Shown here: positions 1 to 9,305 of the stretch, in pieces
Numbering within the stretch: position 1 is the first letter of the stretch
How the letters are laid out: the number at the start of each line of letters is the position of its first letter
Assembly: GCA_905178155.1 (NCBI GenBank)
Contig: CAJINV010000044.1
Location: forward strand, 1 to 14,751
DNA length: 14,751 nucleotides
Source of the DNA: Amoebophrya sp. A120
Lineage: Eukaryota; Protista; Dinoflagellata
Direction of reading: 5' to 3'
Notes under the pieces: generated by a model
Told to the model about the DNA's origin: nothing
The model's input: only the letters and a program-made list of their open reading frames with translations
Databases searched by the model: none
Position numbers and translations under genes: made by a program

Positions 1-616
1 TCCCGCGCCGTCCTGGGATAAACCTCCACCACGGGCACAGAAGTGGCGCCTATCCCCGCGCGAAACCAAACAGGCTGGGGCGGTGGCTTTCGTAGGTTTA
101 TCCCAGGCCGCCCCGGGATAAACCTCCACCCCGGGCAGAGCAATGGGCTTTATCCCCGTGCAGAGCAGGCGGGGGGGATGACAAACTGTCGTAGGTTTCT
201 CCCAGGCCGTCCTGGGATAAACCTCCACCACGGGCACAGAGGTGGTGCTTATCCCCGCGCGAAACAGGCTGGGGCGGTGGCTTTCGTAGGTTTATCCCAG
301 GCCGCCCCGGGATAAACCTGCACCACGGGCACGGCGGTGGGCGCTATCCCCATGCGAGACAGGCTGGGGGGATGCCTGTCGTAGGTTTATCCCGGGCCCT
401 CCTGGGATACATAAACCTCCACCACGGGCACAGGAGTGGGGTCTGTCCCCGCGCGCGCAAAACAGGCTGGGGCGGTGGCTTTCGTAGGTTTATCCCCGGC
501 CGCCCTGGGATAAACCTCCACCAAGGGCACAACAGTGGGACTCGCCCCCATGCAAAACAGGCTGGGCGGGCGCCTGTCGTAGGTTTATCCCAAGCCGCCC
601 CCCCTTGGATAAGCCT
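1..616. repeat. GC-rich tandem array, ~95-103 bp units (about 6 visible, may continue left of the window), alternating A/B units, hairpin at each unit junction
   Basis: GGGATAAACC or a variant recurs at about 15, 115, 214, 309, 404, 507 and 607. Junctions read AGGTTTATCCC-N~10-GGGATAAACCT (inverted repeat). Units 1/3/5 contain GGCGGTGGCTTTCGTAGG; units 2/4/6 contain CTGTCGTAGG. Confidence 0.92.
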
Positions 617-1005
617 CCCGCTAGCCAGGTCATCGGGCTGCGCGCCTGTTAGCGACTGGAAAGCCTTCAACCGCACCCCGTCAACGCCCGCGGCCTCCGG
701 GCTCACCCGCTGCAAATGCTGGCGCAACTGCTCGCCGACTATCGCTATCGGCGGCCGGCACCCATGTGCGAGCGGCCGCCAGCTCGTTAAGCATCTTGCG
801 GACCTCCTCCCCTGAGTACGTGCGCCCCCTTTGTTAATCCGCACGCCTTCGCCTTTCGGCAAGTGCCGCGCAGCGAGATGCTTCGTGCACTGTTCCACGC
901 CGTGGATGATGCTTGGCGCATCAGGCAAGCCGACGCCAAGTTCCGTCACTTGCGGAACTGGGGCGCCTCTGCCCTTCCCGCTCACTTCGTCTCGCGCTTG
1001 GCGTG
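612..1005 (-). CDS. Possible downstream exon of the 1146-2487 gene (hypothetical protein)
   Basis: Open frame (ORF 344..1015) directly after a T-rich acceptor-like TTTATTTTGATTCTAG (TAG at 1008-1006). I could not resolve its join to the upstream exon. Confidence 0.3.
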
Positions 1006-1145
1006 CTAGAATCAAAATAAATATAGCCGATCAGTTTTATTCGATACTGCTCCACTAGCTGCGCAACATGACCCTGCGATTCCAAATTTGTCATGCACAA
1101 CAGCAAAAGCTTCACCCTGGGGTGAGAACGTTTTCACGCAGGATA

Positions 1146-2487
1146 AGACCTCGAAGTAAGTCAAGCACTCGATGATCAAGTCACGGCTGGTAGTCGAAAG
1201 TACAATAGCAGCTTCCGCCACTGTATGAGATTCCACAATTCCCCCTCCCCCTGATTTGAGAAGTGGGGGGCATGAACAGCAACACAAGCTAGCAGTAGTA
1301 GAAGCAGAACTGAAAGAAGTTCTGTGGCCTCCGCATGACAAATCATAATCAGCAAACAGGCAGTGACTAGGTTGGGACTTCGGAAAGCTGTCATGCAAGC
1401 AGTGCGGAGAACTACAACCTTGAGTTGGTATTTTGCATGACAAATCATGATGAGGCGGAGGGGGGGTTGCGCAGTCTCATACGATGTGCCCAGGGTTGCT
1501 CCGTGGACACCAAGATCTTTGCGAAGGTCGTATGTTTGCCCGGTTGGAAATTTGCTTCTCCCCCGGACGGCAGCGACCAGTCGCCCGGCTGTGGCTTGTT
1601 TGACTTGGTAGAGGTGGTAGACGGGCTTGGCGTCGACAAACCCACCAGGAAGTAGCTTCGATCTTGTCGCAAAAATATCCATATGCAAATGTGCCTGGGG
1701 AAACAAAAATTTGCGTACCTTAGGGCTTCTACGAGATCTGTAGTGCATAAATTGGAGTGGAGAACTTGTTTGTCATGCTCAGATGAGCATGAGCACTGCA
1801 GGAAATAACATTCAATTCTCGGAAGGGCAGTTTGTCATGCGTGTATGCGTTTCTACTTTATATTAGTTGTTCACCAGGTACAACTACATCCAAAAAAAAA
1901 TATAGTACTTCCGTTAACGCAAGGAGCAGCAAGACAAATCATCTATATCGTACCAGACCCAGACACGTTTGCAGCTCGTAACACGTTACGACGAGCAAAC
2001 TTATCACTCCTAGTCCTCCGCTCGGGTCGGCAACTAGGCACATCGGCCGCTGGTTAGACTCTGCAGATTTAACGACTTGGTTCGCATCGACGCTTAGCGG
2101 CCTGCAACTTTCCCTGCATCGCCCCCTGCTGTGACATCTATTTCCGGTGAGCAGCCGAACTACTGCTCCGATGCTGCTGCTCCTCGGTGTAGTTGATGTT
2201 TGTTTTGTTGAAGTAGACCCCGGATTGCTATCCAGCGAAGATGAAGAAACGGACGACGAGGTGGACGCTACTTCTGCAACCGGTGTCCACGTGCTTGCTG
2301 GTTGTCTCGGAAATTCGGTACTTTCCGCGAAGTCTAGGACTTTCACCACTGGTTCGCGTAACTGCTCCTCAAGGATGTTCGCAGTGTCACTTCTACGAAC
2401 GGAAACGCTATGCATCGCAAACACGTAGTTGTCTAGATACGGAAGAATCCTCCGGGTTTGTGATGTGCAACTAGGCGGGGGTCCTCG
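1146..2487 (-). CDS. Hypothetical S/T-rich protein, partial spliced model with exons 2487-1981, 1675-1482 and 1223-1146
   Basis: Removing 1676-1980 (+5 nt) and 1224-1481 (+5 nt) joins three open frames: ...GLGVISLLVVTC/ATRSKLLPGGFVDAKPVYHLYQV...GATLGT/VAEAAIVLSTTSRDLIIECLTYFEV. The frame opens right after the acceptor-like TTACTTTTACTAG (2500-2488). Start and end are unresolved. Confidence 0.55.
1224..1481. mobile_element. TIR element / putative introner, family F (258 bp)
   Basis: Left end TATGAGATTCCACAATTCCCCCTCC; reverse complement of right end TATGAGACTGCGCAACCCCCCCTCC. Flanks CACTG/CGATG (3/5). GCATGACA motifs at 1333, 1389 (reverse) and 1435. Confidence 0.75.
1676..1980. mobile_element. 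Degenerate TIR element, family A-like (305 bp)
   Basis: Left TATCCATATGCAAATGTGCCTGG; right CCAGACCCAGACACGTTTGCAGCTCGTA. TGTCATGC at 1771 and 1833. TSD decayed (AAAAA/ACACG), but removal plus 5 nt keeps the frame. Confidence 0.6.
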
Positions 2488-2684
2488 CTAGTAAAAGTAA
2501 TAGTCAACGAAAGGGGAAAGGATTTGTCTAGTCACCGTCGATCATCACACCACACTTGTAACTTTTACGCGAACCGATTCCAACCGAAGTGATCACAGAC
2601 CAAAGAGGCATGCAATTACAAGCCGAAATATTTATGATCACGACATCATTCCTCCTCTGGAGGACCGAAAGGGCAAGGAAGTAC

Positions 2685-3846
2685 AGCTTTTTTCTGCCCC
2701 ATCACCATTACATTCTGCGAAGAACAAGTGTCTGATCGAGACACTTGGAGAGCAGAAAAGTGGTTCTTGCAGAACTTTCAAAAAAGAGAATCAGTTCGGT
2801 GGAGCTGTTCTAAGTCTATTTTTGCATGACAAATTATGCCAAAAATCCCAAACCCAAAGTTTGAGCTTTTTTCTGTCCAATCAGCACTACATTCTGCGAA
2901 GAACAAGTGTCTGATCGAGACACTTGGAGAGCAGAAAAGTGGTTCTTACAGAACTTTCAAAAACGAGAATCAGCTCGGTGGAGCTGTTCTAACTTTATTT
3001 TTGCATGACAAATTATGCCAAAAATCCCAAACCCAAAGTTTGACCTTTTTTCTGTCCAATCACCATTACATTCTGTGAAGAACAAGTATCTGATCGAGAC
3101 ACTTGGAGAGCAGAAAAGTGGTTCGTGCAGAACGTTCAAAAATGAGAATCAGCTCGGTGGAGCTGTTCTAAGCCTACTTTTGCATGAAAATTTATGCCGA
3201 AAATCCCAAAGCCGAAATTTGAGCTTTTTTCTGTCCAATCACCATTACATTCTGCGAAAAGCAAATGTCTGATCGAGACACTTGGAGAGCAGAAAAGTGG
3301 TTCGCGCAGAACTCTCAAAAATGAGAATCAGCTCGGTGGAGCTGTTCTAAGTCTACTTTTGCATGGCAAATTATGCCAAAAATCCCAAACCCAAAATTTG
3401 AGCTTTTTGCTGTCCAATCACCATTACATTCTGCGAAAAGCAAATGTCTGATCGAGACACTTGGAGAGCAGCAAAGTGGTTCGCGCAGAACTCTCAAAAA
3501 TGAGAATCAGCTCGGTGGAGCTGTTCTAAGTCTACTTTTGCATGGCAAATTATGCCAAAAATCCCAAACCCAAAATTTGAGCTTTTTGCTGTCCAATCAC
3601 CATTACATTCTGCGAAAAGCAAATGTCTGATCGAGACACTTGGAGAGCAGCAAAGTGGTTCGTGCAGAACTTTCAAACATAAGAATCAGCTCGGTGGCGC
3701 TGTTCTAAGTCTACTTTTGCATGTCAAATTATGCCAAAAATCCCAAAGCCGAAATTTGAGCTTTTTTCTGTCCAATCACCATTGAAGAACAAGTGTCTGA
3801 TCGACACATTTGGAGAGCAGAAAAGTGGTTCTTGCAGAACTTTCAA
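2685..3846. repeat. 179-bp tandem satellite, about 6.5 copies
   Basis: The ATGCC anchor recurs at 2836, 3015, 3194, 3373, 3552 and 3731 (exact 179-bp period). Units are highly similar; the last partial unit lacks ACATTCTGC. Internal hairpins CAAGTGTCT-GATCG-AGACACTTG (2725-2747) and CAGCTC-GGTG-GAGCTG. Confidence 0.97.
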
Positions 3847-4527
3847 GTTGAACAAGAATGCCTTGACATTAAAAACGTACGCAACATCGATGGTCGCCAG
3901 GCAGTGGAGACGAGCTCCCACAGTTTTTGAGGTTTCCTTGCATCACATCAGGGTTTCAAAGTAGTGCCACAACTTGCGATTCTCGTTCTCACATTGACAT
4001 TTTAGAATTTATTCTAGGGCGTGAAGTTCGCCTCACGAAGAAGCGCAATTTCAAGTAGTTCAAAGTAGTTCTACATACAAACAGCTACACTCGTTCCTTC
4101 CTTTCCCGGTGAAGCGAACCCCAACCGGTCTATCCATTTTACATTTTGACTTTAGCATACTTCCATCAAAATCGCAGAACTTCCTTACAATCCTGTGGAT
4201 TTCCGCATCAATGATCCATCTTCATCGTTGTCCAGTTTCATTTCACATTCCAGCAGTCCAGCTCCGTTTTTTAATTTTCCGACTTTGGTCGTTGCAGGGT
4301 GCAAAAACAGCGAGGACGGAAAGCGTGTTGGATCGTCGGAACCCGGTTTGGTTACCTACCAGTTCCGGGACGGAAATTTCCCACTCGTCAGCACCAACCC
4401 GAGGCTGTCGGAGAGTTGTCAAATTGAAAGATACAGTATTGAAGTCACACGTGCAGGTGCACCGGGGAATTGTTGTATATTTCATGCGAACATCATATTT
4501 CAAGAATTTATGAAAAAAAAACACTAT

Positions 4528-5334
4528 TTACCCGATCGCCACTAGCAACACCACAAACACAGATCCCAATCCCCAGTAAGACGTGGCGTTTTTTACCGTT
4601 CCGGTTACTGCAATTTGTGCTCTGCTTTTAATTTCCTCATGAGAACTGCAACGCGTGGTTTTCGAACTACTCGCTCCCCCGTCGAGCCGGGGCTCTTGCT
4701 CACGATCGACTGCGGGTTCGAGAATTGTGACCTCCTTGTGCAGCTTCTTCTCGACAAAGTTCAAAACCTTCATGTCGTCATTTTCAACTGCGCATCCCTG
4801 CGGCTCAGAGCTCCCCCTCCCGCGAAGTGCGGTGTCGATGTTTTCCACGAGATTCTTCAGGTGCTTCTGCCTCTCTTGGAACGACCACACGTTCGACAGG
4901 CCCCAGGCTGCAGAGGCATCAGTCTTCCTGCGCATGTCCTGGTTGAAAAGAAACACCTCCAGCTGGAAAATCTGGTCCCGCAACGCCGCTATCCACTTCT
5001 CCAGCGCCTCCAGTTGCAGTGTGTGCAGTCGGCGAGTTCGCGCGTCCGTGATCTTGCTCACAATGTCCTCGTGCACCCCCCGCTGTTGTACGAAATCCTG
5101 TTCAGCGTGCGCCAGCAGAGGCCACAGCCACTGACACTTCTGAATCAGCGTCTCCAGATCCGTGGCACTGTTTTCTAGTCTTTCGGAGCGGTTCACTTTC
5201 CATGCCACGTCTCCGACGCAGTGCAAGAGGTCGGAGACGTCATTCTTGTTCCGAAAGATACTGTTGTACGTGCGGGCGTAGAGGATCTGTTCGAGTGACT
5301 TCGAGAATTCTTTGTTTGCCCACTTAGTATCCAT
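4528..5334 (-). CDS. Hypothetical 268-aa helical protein with C-terminal hydrophobic (tail-anchor-like) segment, paralog 1
   Basis: ATG in an A-rich context, intact ORF. Shares blocks with the 6493 ORF (TDARxRRLHTLQLEALEKWIA, MKVLNFxEKKLHKEVTILEPAV). Ends GLGSVFVVLLVAIG*. Confidence 0.85.
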   Translation of the reverse strand: MDTKWANKEFSKSLEQILYARTYNSIFRNKNDVSDLLHCVGDVAWKVNRSERLENSATDLETLIQKCQWLWPLLAHAEQDFVQQRGVHEDIVSKITDARTRRLHTLQLEALEKWIAALRDQIFQLEVFLFNQDMRRKTDASAAWGLSNVWSFQERQKHLKNLVENIDTALRGRGSSEPQGCAVENDDMKVLNFVEKKLHKEVTILEPAVDREQEPRLDGGASSSKTTRCSSHEEIKSRAQIAVTGTVKNATSYWGLGSVFVVLLVAIG

Positions 5335-6492
5335 TCTTTTTCTTTATCTTCTCGGGGTCGAGAAACAACGAACTGCAAAAAAAACCACGGTGAGTCTCCG
5401 CTAAAACTTCTTCCTGTACTATATTTGGACAAATAAGAATAACAACACTCTTCGTGGCGGCCCGCATCAGTTACGGCGGAAAAAAATTTATTTAATGCCG
5501 TGTTCCCTTACTAAGCGAACGGTGTTTGAGATTCAAATTTGAATTCAAAGCGTCGACACGGCAAAATCTCTCGCCCAAAAAACTTTTATCGCTCAGCAAA
5601 CACCACCAAAGCAAAACCTCTCACAATCCTTATCTGCGTTTCAGGCTCTGCTTTGGTTCAAAACAAAACAAAACAAAAGCGACAGGATGGTACCGAGCGA
5701 GATAGGCGAAATGTGAAGCTAAAAAACGACAGAACGCGACTGCACGCCAGAAACATTCGGTGGTCTAGTTGCCATGCCAGAGCGTCAACCCTGAACCTCC
5801 TAAACGTCGACTCTAGTTTAATAGTCACATCAGAATCGCAATAGCGACGCTTCGGTAGCTAGGAGAACTACCGTGTTTCATAAGGCAGATTTTCTTGTTA
5901 GCTCTCGTCAGGAGTTTGAAGTAAGTACTATCAATCTCGTCGCTATTCTGATATTTCAGAACTTGGTCGCATCACGACCAATAAACGCAAGCTTAAAGCA
6001 GCTTCGGCACAACACTAGTTCTACATTGAAACAGCTATCTATCAATGAACTACCTACACTCGTTCCTTATCTTCCCCACCGGTCTAAGCATTTCACTTTT
6101 TATACTCATACATCCATATTTACTCTATACACTTCATCGATTTTCAGCAAAATTTCCGTGCACTTCATCTTCGAACTTCCACATCATTCCGTCGTGTTCA
6201 TCGTCCAGTTTCATTTCACATTCCAGCAGTCCAGCTAAATTATTCAAGTTGAAGTTTCCGACTTTGGTTCTTGCAGCATTCAAAACCAGCAAGGAAGAGG
6301 TTCTTGATCGTCGAGACCAGCGCTACCAGTTTCGGGGGAGAAATTCCCCCTTCGTCAGTTGTAGCCACCCGAGCCTGTTGTATAAAAGAGTTGTGACGTT
6401 GAGAGACCCACCAGTAAGTATCAAAATTCTGGTGCGTGCAGGAACTTCATGCGAACATATTTCAACATTTATTTAGGAAAAAAAGTAAGTCC

Positions 6493-7352
6493 TTACCCAA
6501 TCGCGACTAGGACCAGCAGCGCCGCAAACACGAAGCCCGCTCCGAACGTGGCGATCGCCGTCCCGGTAACCGCAACTTTCCTCTTTGTTTCCACATCACC
6601 GCCCCGCCGCGTGGTATCCTCGGTAGTTGTGGAATGGTCAAGCGGTTCTTCTTCCTCCTCAACTGCGGGTTCGAGAATTGTGACCTCCTTGTGCAGCTTC
6701 TTCTCGAGAAAGTTCAAAACCTTCATCTGGTCATTATTACGTTTCCCCCACCCGCCGAACCCAACATCTACAAAGCTGCAACTGTTCCCGCGCAGGGCCT
6801 TGTGAATGTTGTCCAACAGGTACCTCAGCTGTTGGTATATTCTAGAAAGGTTCAACATCCCCAGGGTGGCCGCAGTCTTTTTTGCAGCTCTTTCGAAGCG
6901 GAAACTACCCCCGTCTGTTCCCACGGGGAAACCCTGTTCCTCGTTGACAAGACACACCTCCAGCTCAAAAATCTGGTCCCGCATGTCCGCTATCCACTTC
7001 TCCAGTGCCTCCAGCTGCAGAGTGTGCAGTCGGCGAGCTCGCGCGTCCGTGACGCCACTCACGATCGCGTCGTGCTTCTCTCGCCATTGCTGGAGGGTTA
7101 CAACTATTCCCGCTACATCGCTCCACACCGACCGAGCCTTCATAATCAGCCACTCCACGTCCTTCCGCAAGCTGGACGAGACGGGGGCCATCCTCGCTCT
7201 TCGCACTATTCCTTCAATTGCTTGCAGCAGGTCGACGACGCTTCCCTCCAGGTCCGCTTCACCAAAGTGATTTTCACCAAAGACTTCTTGTTGAGGAACT
7301 CCCACAGGTCACTTTCAATTTGCTGAGAGTTGCCATTCCACTCCATATCCAT
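6493..7352 (-). CDS. Paralog 2 of the tail-anchored hypothetical protein; 5' frameshift (pseudogene, tiny intron or sequence error)
   Basis: Main frame 6493-7305 is homologous to 4528-5334. The homologous start AAAATGGATATGGAGTGG (MDMEW vs MDTKW) lies at 7352 in another frame, and the main frame has TGA at 7311-7309. Confidence 0.75.
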
Positions 7353-8147
7353 TTTTCTGTAGTTCAGTCCTCAGGGAACAAGCCCTGCGCAATTTGGGCA
7401 GACAACTAATATCATAGAAACGGCAAAAAAAAAGATTAACGACGGCGAATTTCTACAACATTTTTTTTGGACAAGAAAGTTCATCCTATGGATTGAGGTT
7501 AAGATTGAGAAGACTGCCAACTACAACAAGTTTCTCGAACGATAAAACGAGAACGAGAAGATAGAACCAAGAAATCCTGTACTGTCGAACTTGACGAAGT
7601 GAGAAGCGTACAACCATAAAAGCTCCCTCGTCTCTCCGCTCTACTCTTTCGTCTTTCTCTTTATGTAAGCCGTATAATATTGTTCCGTTACGTGTCGAAC
7701 ACTGTTGAGGGGTCAAACTCAATAATCTACTTGTGCAGTCATGGGACCACTTCTGAGTGGTCTAAAAGGAAACTAATTATACAGAACCATAAAGGTCGTC
7801 GAGCAGACTTACACATTCATCAATACGACTTGGTCATGCTCGATGGAGAATCGAATTTGGAAATTAATTGTACACGAAGATCTTCTTGATCAGAACCGTT
7901 ATTCCCAAAGAAGTAGTAGGAGTGCTGACAACGTAAAATCATACACCGATGGCACGACAGAGCGCGTTTAAGGTTATCATACATTTTCAAAAGACAACCG
8001 AAAATAAAATAGATCGGGATAATAGTAAAAGTAAAATTCCTACGCGCATTAATGATTTTGTCATGCGTGGAGAGGCAGTTCGTCTTCTTCGAGCTCAACC
8101 AGCATAATTCAGAATCATCTTACACAATGCGGTGTGCTCGTCCTCAA

Positions 8148-8467
8148 TATCAAAAGGAAAAATTCCCCCACCCCATATCAAAAGAAGTCTCTGATGCTGG
8201 ATTTCAGTACACAAATCAGATTTGTCTTGCAGTAGAGGACTGCAGGCATACGCAAAGCCTGAGCCGCGATGTTTTGGCGTAGGCTCCTAGCATGAAAAAC
8301 GTTGACGGTGTAGGCCCAACAGCATCACAAACCGCCTGCACAATGCGGCGGATTCTCTGCATTTGCCTGCATGCAAGACAGACAGGATTTGTGGTCACAA
8401 ATCCGCATCACAGATTTTCAGAAGGATGCGCTTTCAATATGGGGAGGGGGGATTTTTCCTCACAATA
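8148..8467. mobile_element. TIR element family B (320 bp)
   Basis: TATCAAAAGGAAAAATTCCCCCACCCCATAT...ATATGGGGAGGGGGGATTTTTCCTCACAATA; perfect TSD CTCAA/CTCAA. Confidence 0.93.
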
Positions 8468-8522
8468 CTCAAAACTTGTTGTTCCACCCAACTGGCGATC
8501 CGATTAGACTCGATCGCCAGGA

Positions 8523-8731
8523 TATGCAAGAAAAAAACGTTGTTAATGTAAATCTGTGATGCGTAACATGCAAGATGATTGCGCTTGTCATGCTTGGCAT
8601 GCATCGCAGGGTCTATTAAAGGATGTTTTCACGTTCTATCTGCGCATGACAGGTTTTTGCTGTCATGCCAGACAAGTTTGTAATGCTTCTCCTCCAAAAA
8701 AGTTACACCTACAATGTTTTTTTCTTGGATA
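8523..8731. mobile_element. TIR element family G (209 bp)
   Basis: TATGCAAGAAAAAAACGTTGT...ACAATGTTTTTTTCTTGGATA; perfect TSD CAGGA/CAGGA; several GCATGACA/TGTCATGC motifs. Confidence 0.9.
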
Positions 8732-8926
8732 CAGGACCTCCCCTCGACCTGCTCCTGCCGCCGATAACTGCTAGCCGCCCAGGAGGGCGCTCAGAGCCAA
8801 TAACTGGCACTCACGAATCATACAGTACAACACTACAACCACCAGATGCTGGCGGCGTTAATAAGGAGTAATCGTGGTAGCCTACAACTTGAGGATTTAT
8901 CATCCTTTCAGAAGTACGAGTGCCGA

Positions 8927-9242
8927 TATGGGGGTGTCAGGATTGAAATCGTTAAAGTTGAAATAAGTAGTTTCTCATGCATAAAATGCAGCCCACAAAG
9001 CGCCGGTCTTGCGGAGTAGGCAAGTGAGGCAGATGTAAGCCTGTTGAGGGGTAGAAACTGAGGTGCTAAAGTAGCATGACAAAAGGCGCCTTCCTTTGCC
9101 AAACAGCATGACAAACTGGATTTCAGGTCTACCCAAATTTGTCATGCGCCAATTGGAACCTGGGTCACAGCAACTTATTTCATCCATTCTATGCATTGCA
9201 AGTTCTTTCAACTTTGTCGATTTCAATCCTGACACATCCATA
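8927..9242. mobile_element. TIR element family D (316 bp)
   Basis: TATGGGGGTGTCAGGATTGAAATCGTTAAAGTTGAAA...TTTCAACTTTGTCGATTTCAATCCTGACACATCCATA; TSD GCCGA/TCCGA (4/5). Confidence 0.9.
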
Positions 9243-9305
9243 TCCGAGTTTTTTATCCTGCTCCGTCAGAGAATTGACAGTTCCTCATCGTTCCCATGTT
9301 CCCGT

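Larger units (their letters stand above)
4066..7360. repeat. Diverged tandem segmental duplication (about 4066-5345 and 6017-7360) covering a gene and its 3' flank
   Basis: Paralogous ORFs plus shared non-coding blocks, e.g. a 34-bp identity at 4230-4263 / 6203-6236, and TAGTTCTACAT...CTACACTCGTTCCTT near 4067 / 6017. Confidence 0.85.

Noticed and set aside
1-616. CRISPR array (GGTTTATCCC / GGGATAAACC recalls type I-E repeats)
   Set aside because: The intervening ~65-bp sequences are copies of each other rather than unique spacers, and there are no cas genes.
2836-3964. Repeated 60-85 aa ORFs (MPKIPNPKF...) as a gene family
   Set aside because: They are by-products of a 179-bp period that is not a multiple of 3; they overlap and occur on both strands.
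4615-7326. Plus-strand ORFs 4615-5178, 4655-5134, 6634-7326 and 6806-7270
   Set aside because: Antisense shadows of the paralogous minus-strand genes, whose starts, stops and C-terminal anchors are the conserved features.
8052-8767. Plus-strand spliced gene across the 8148 and 8523 elements
   Set aside because: It yields only about 58 aa with no recognisable features, so support is insufficient.
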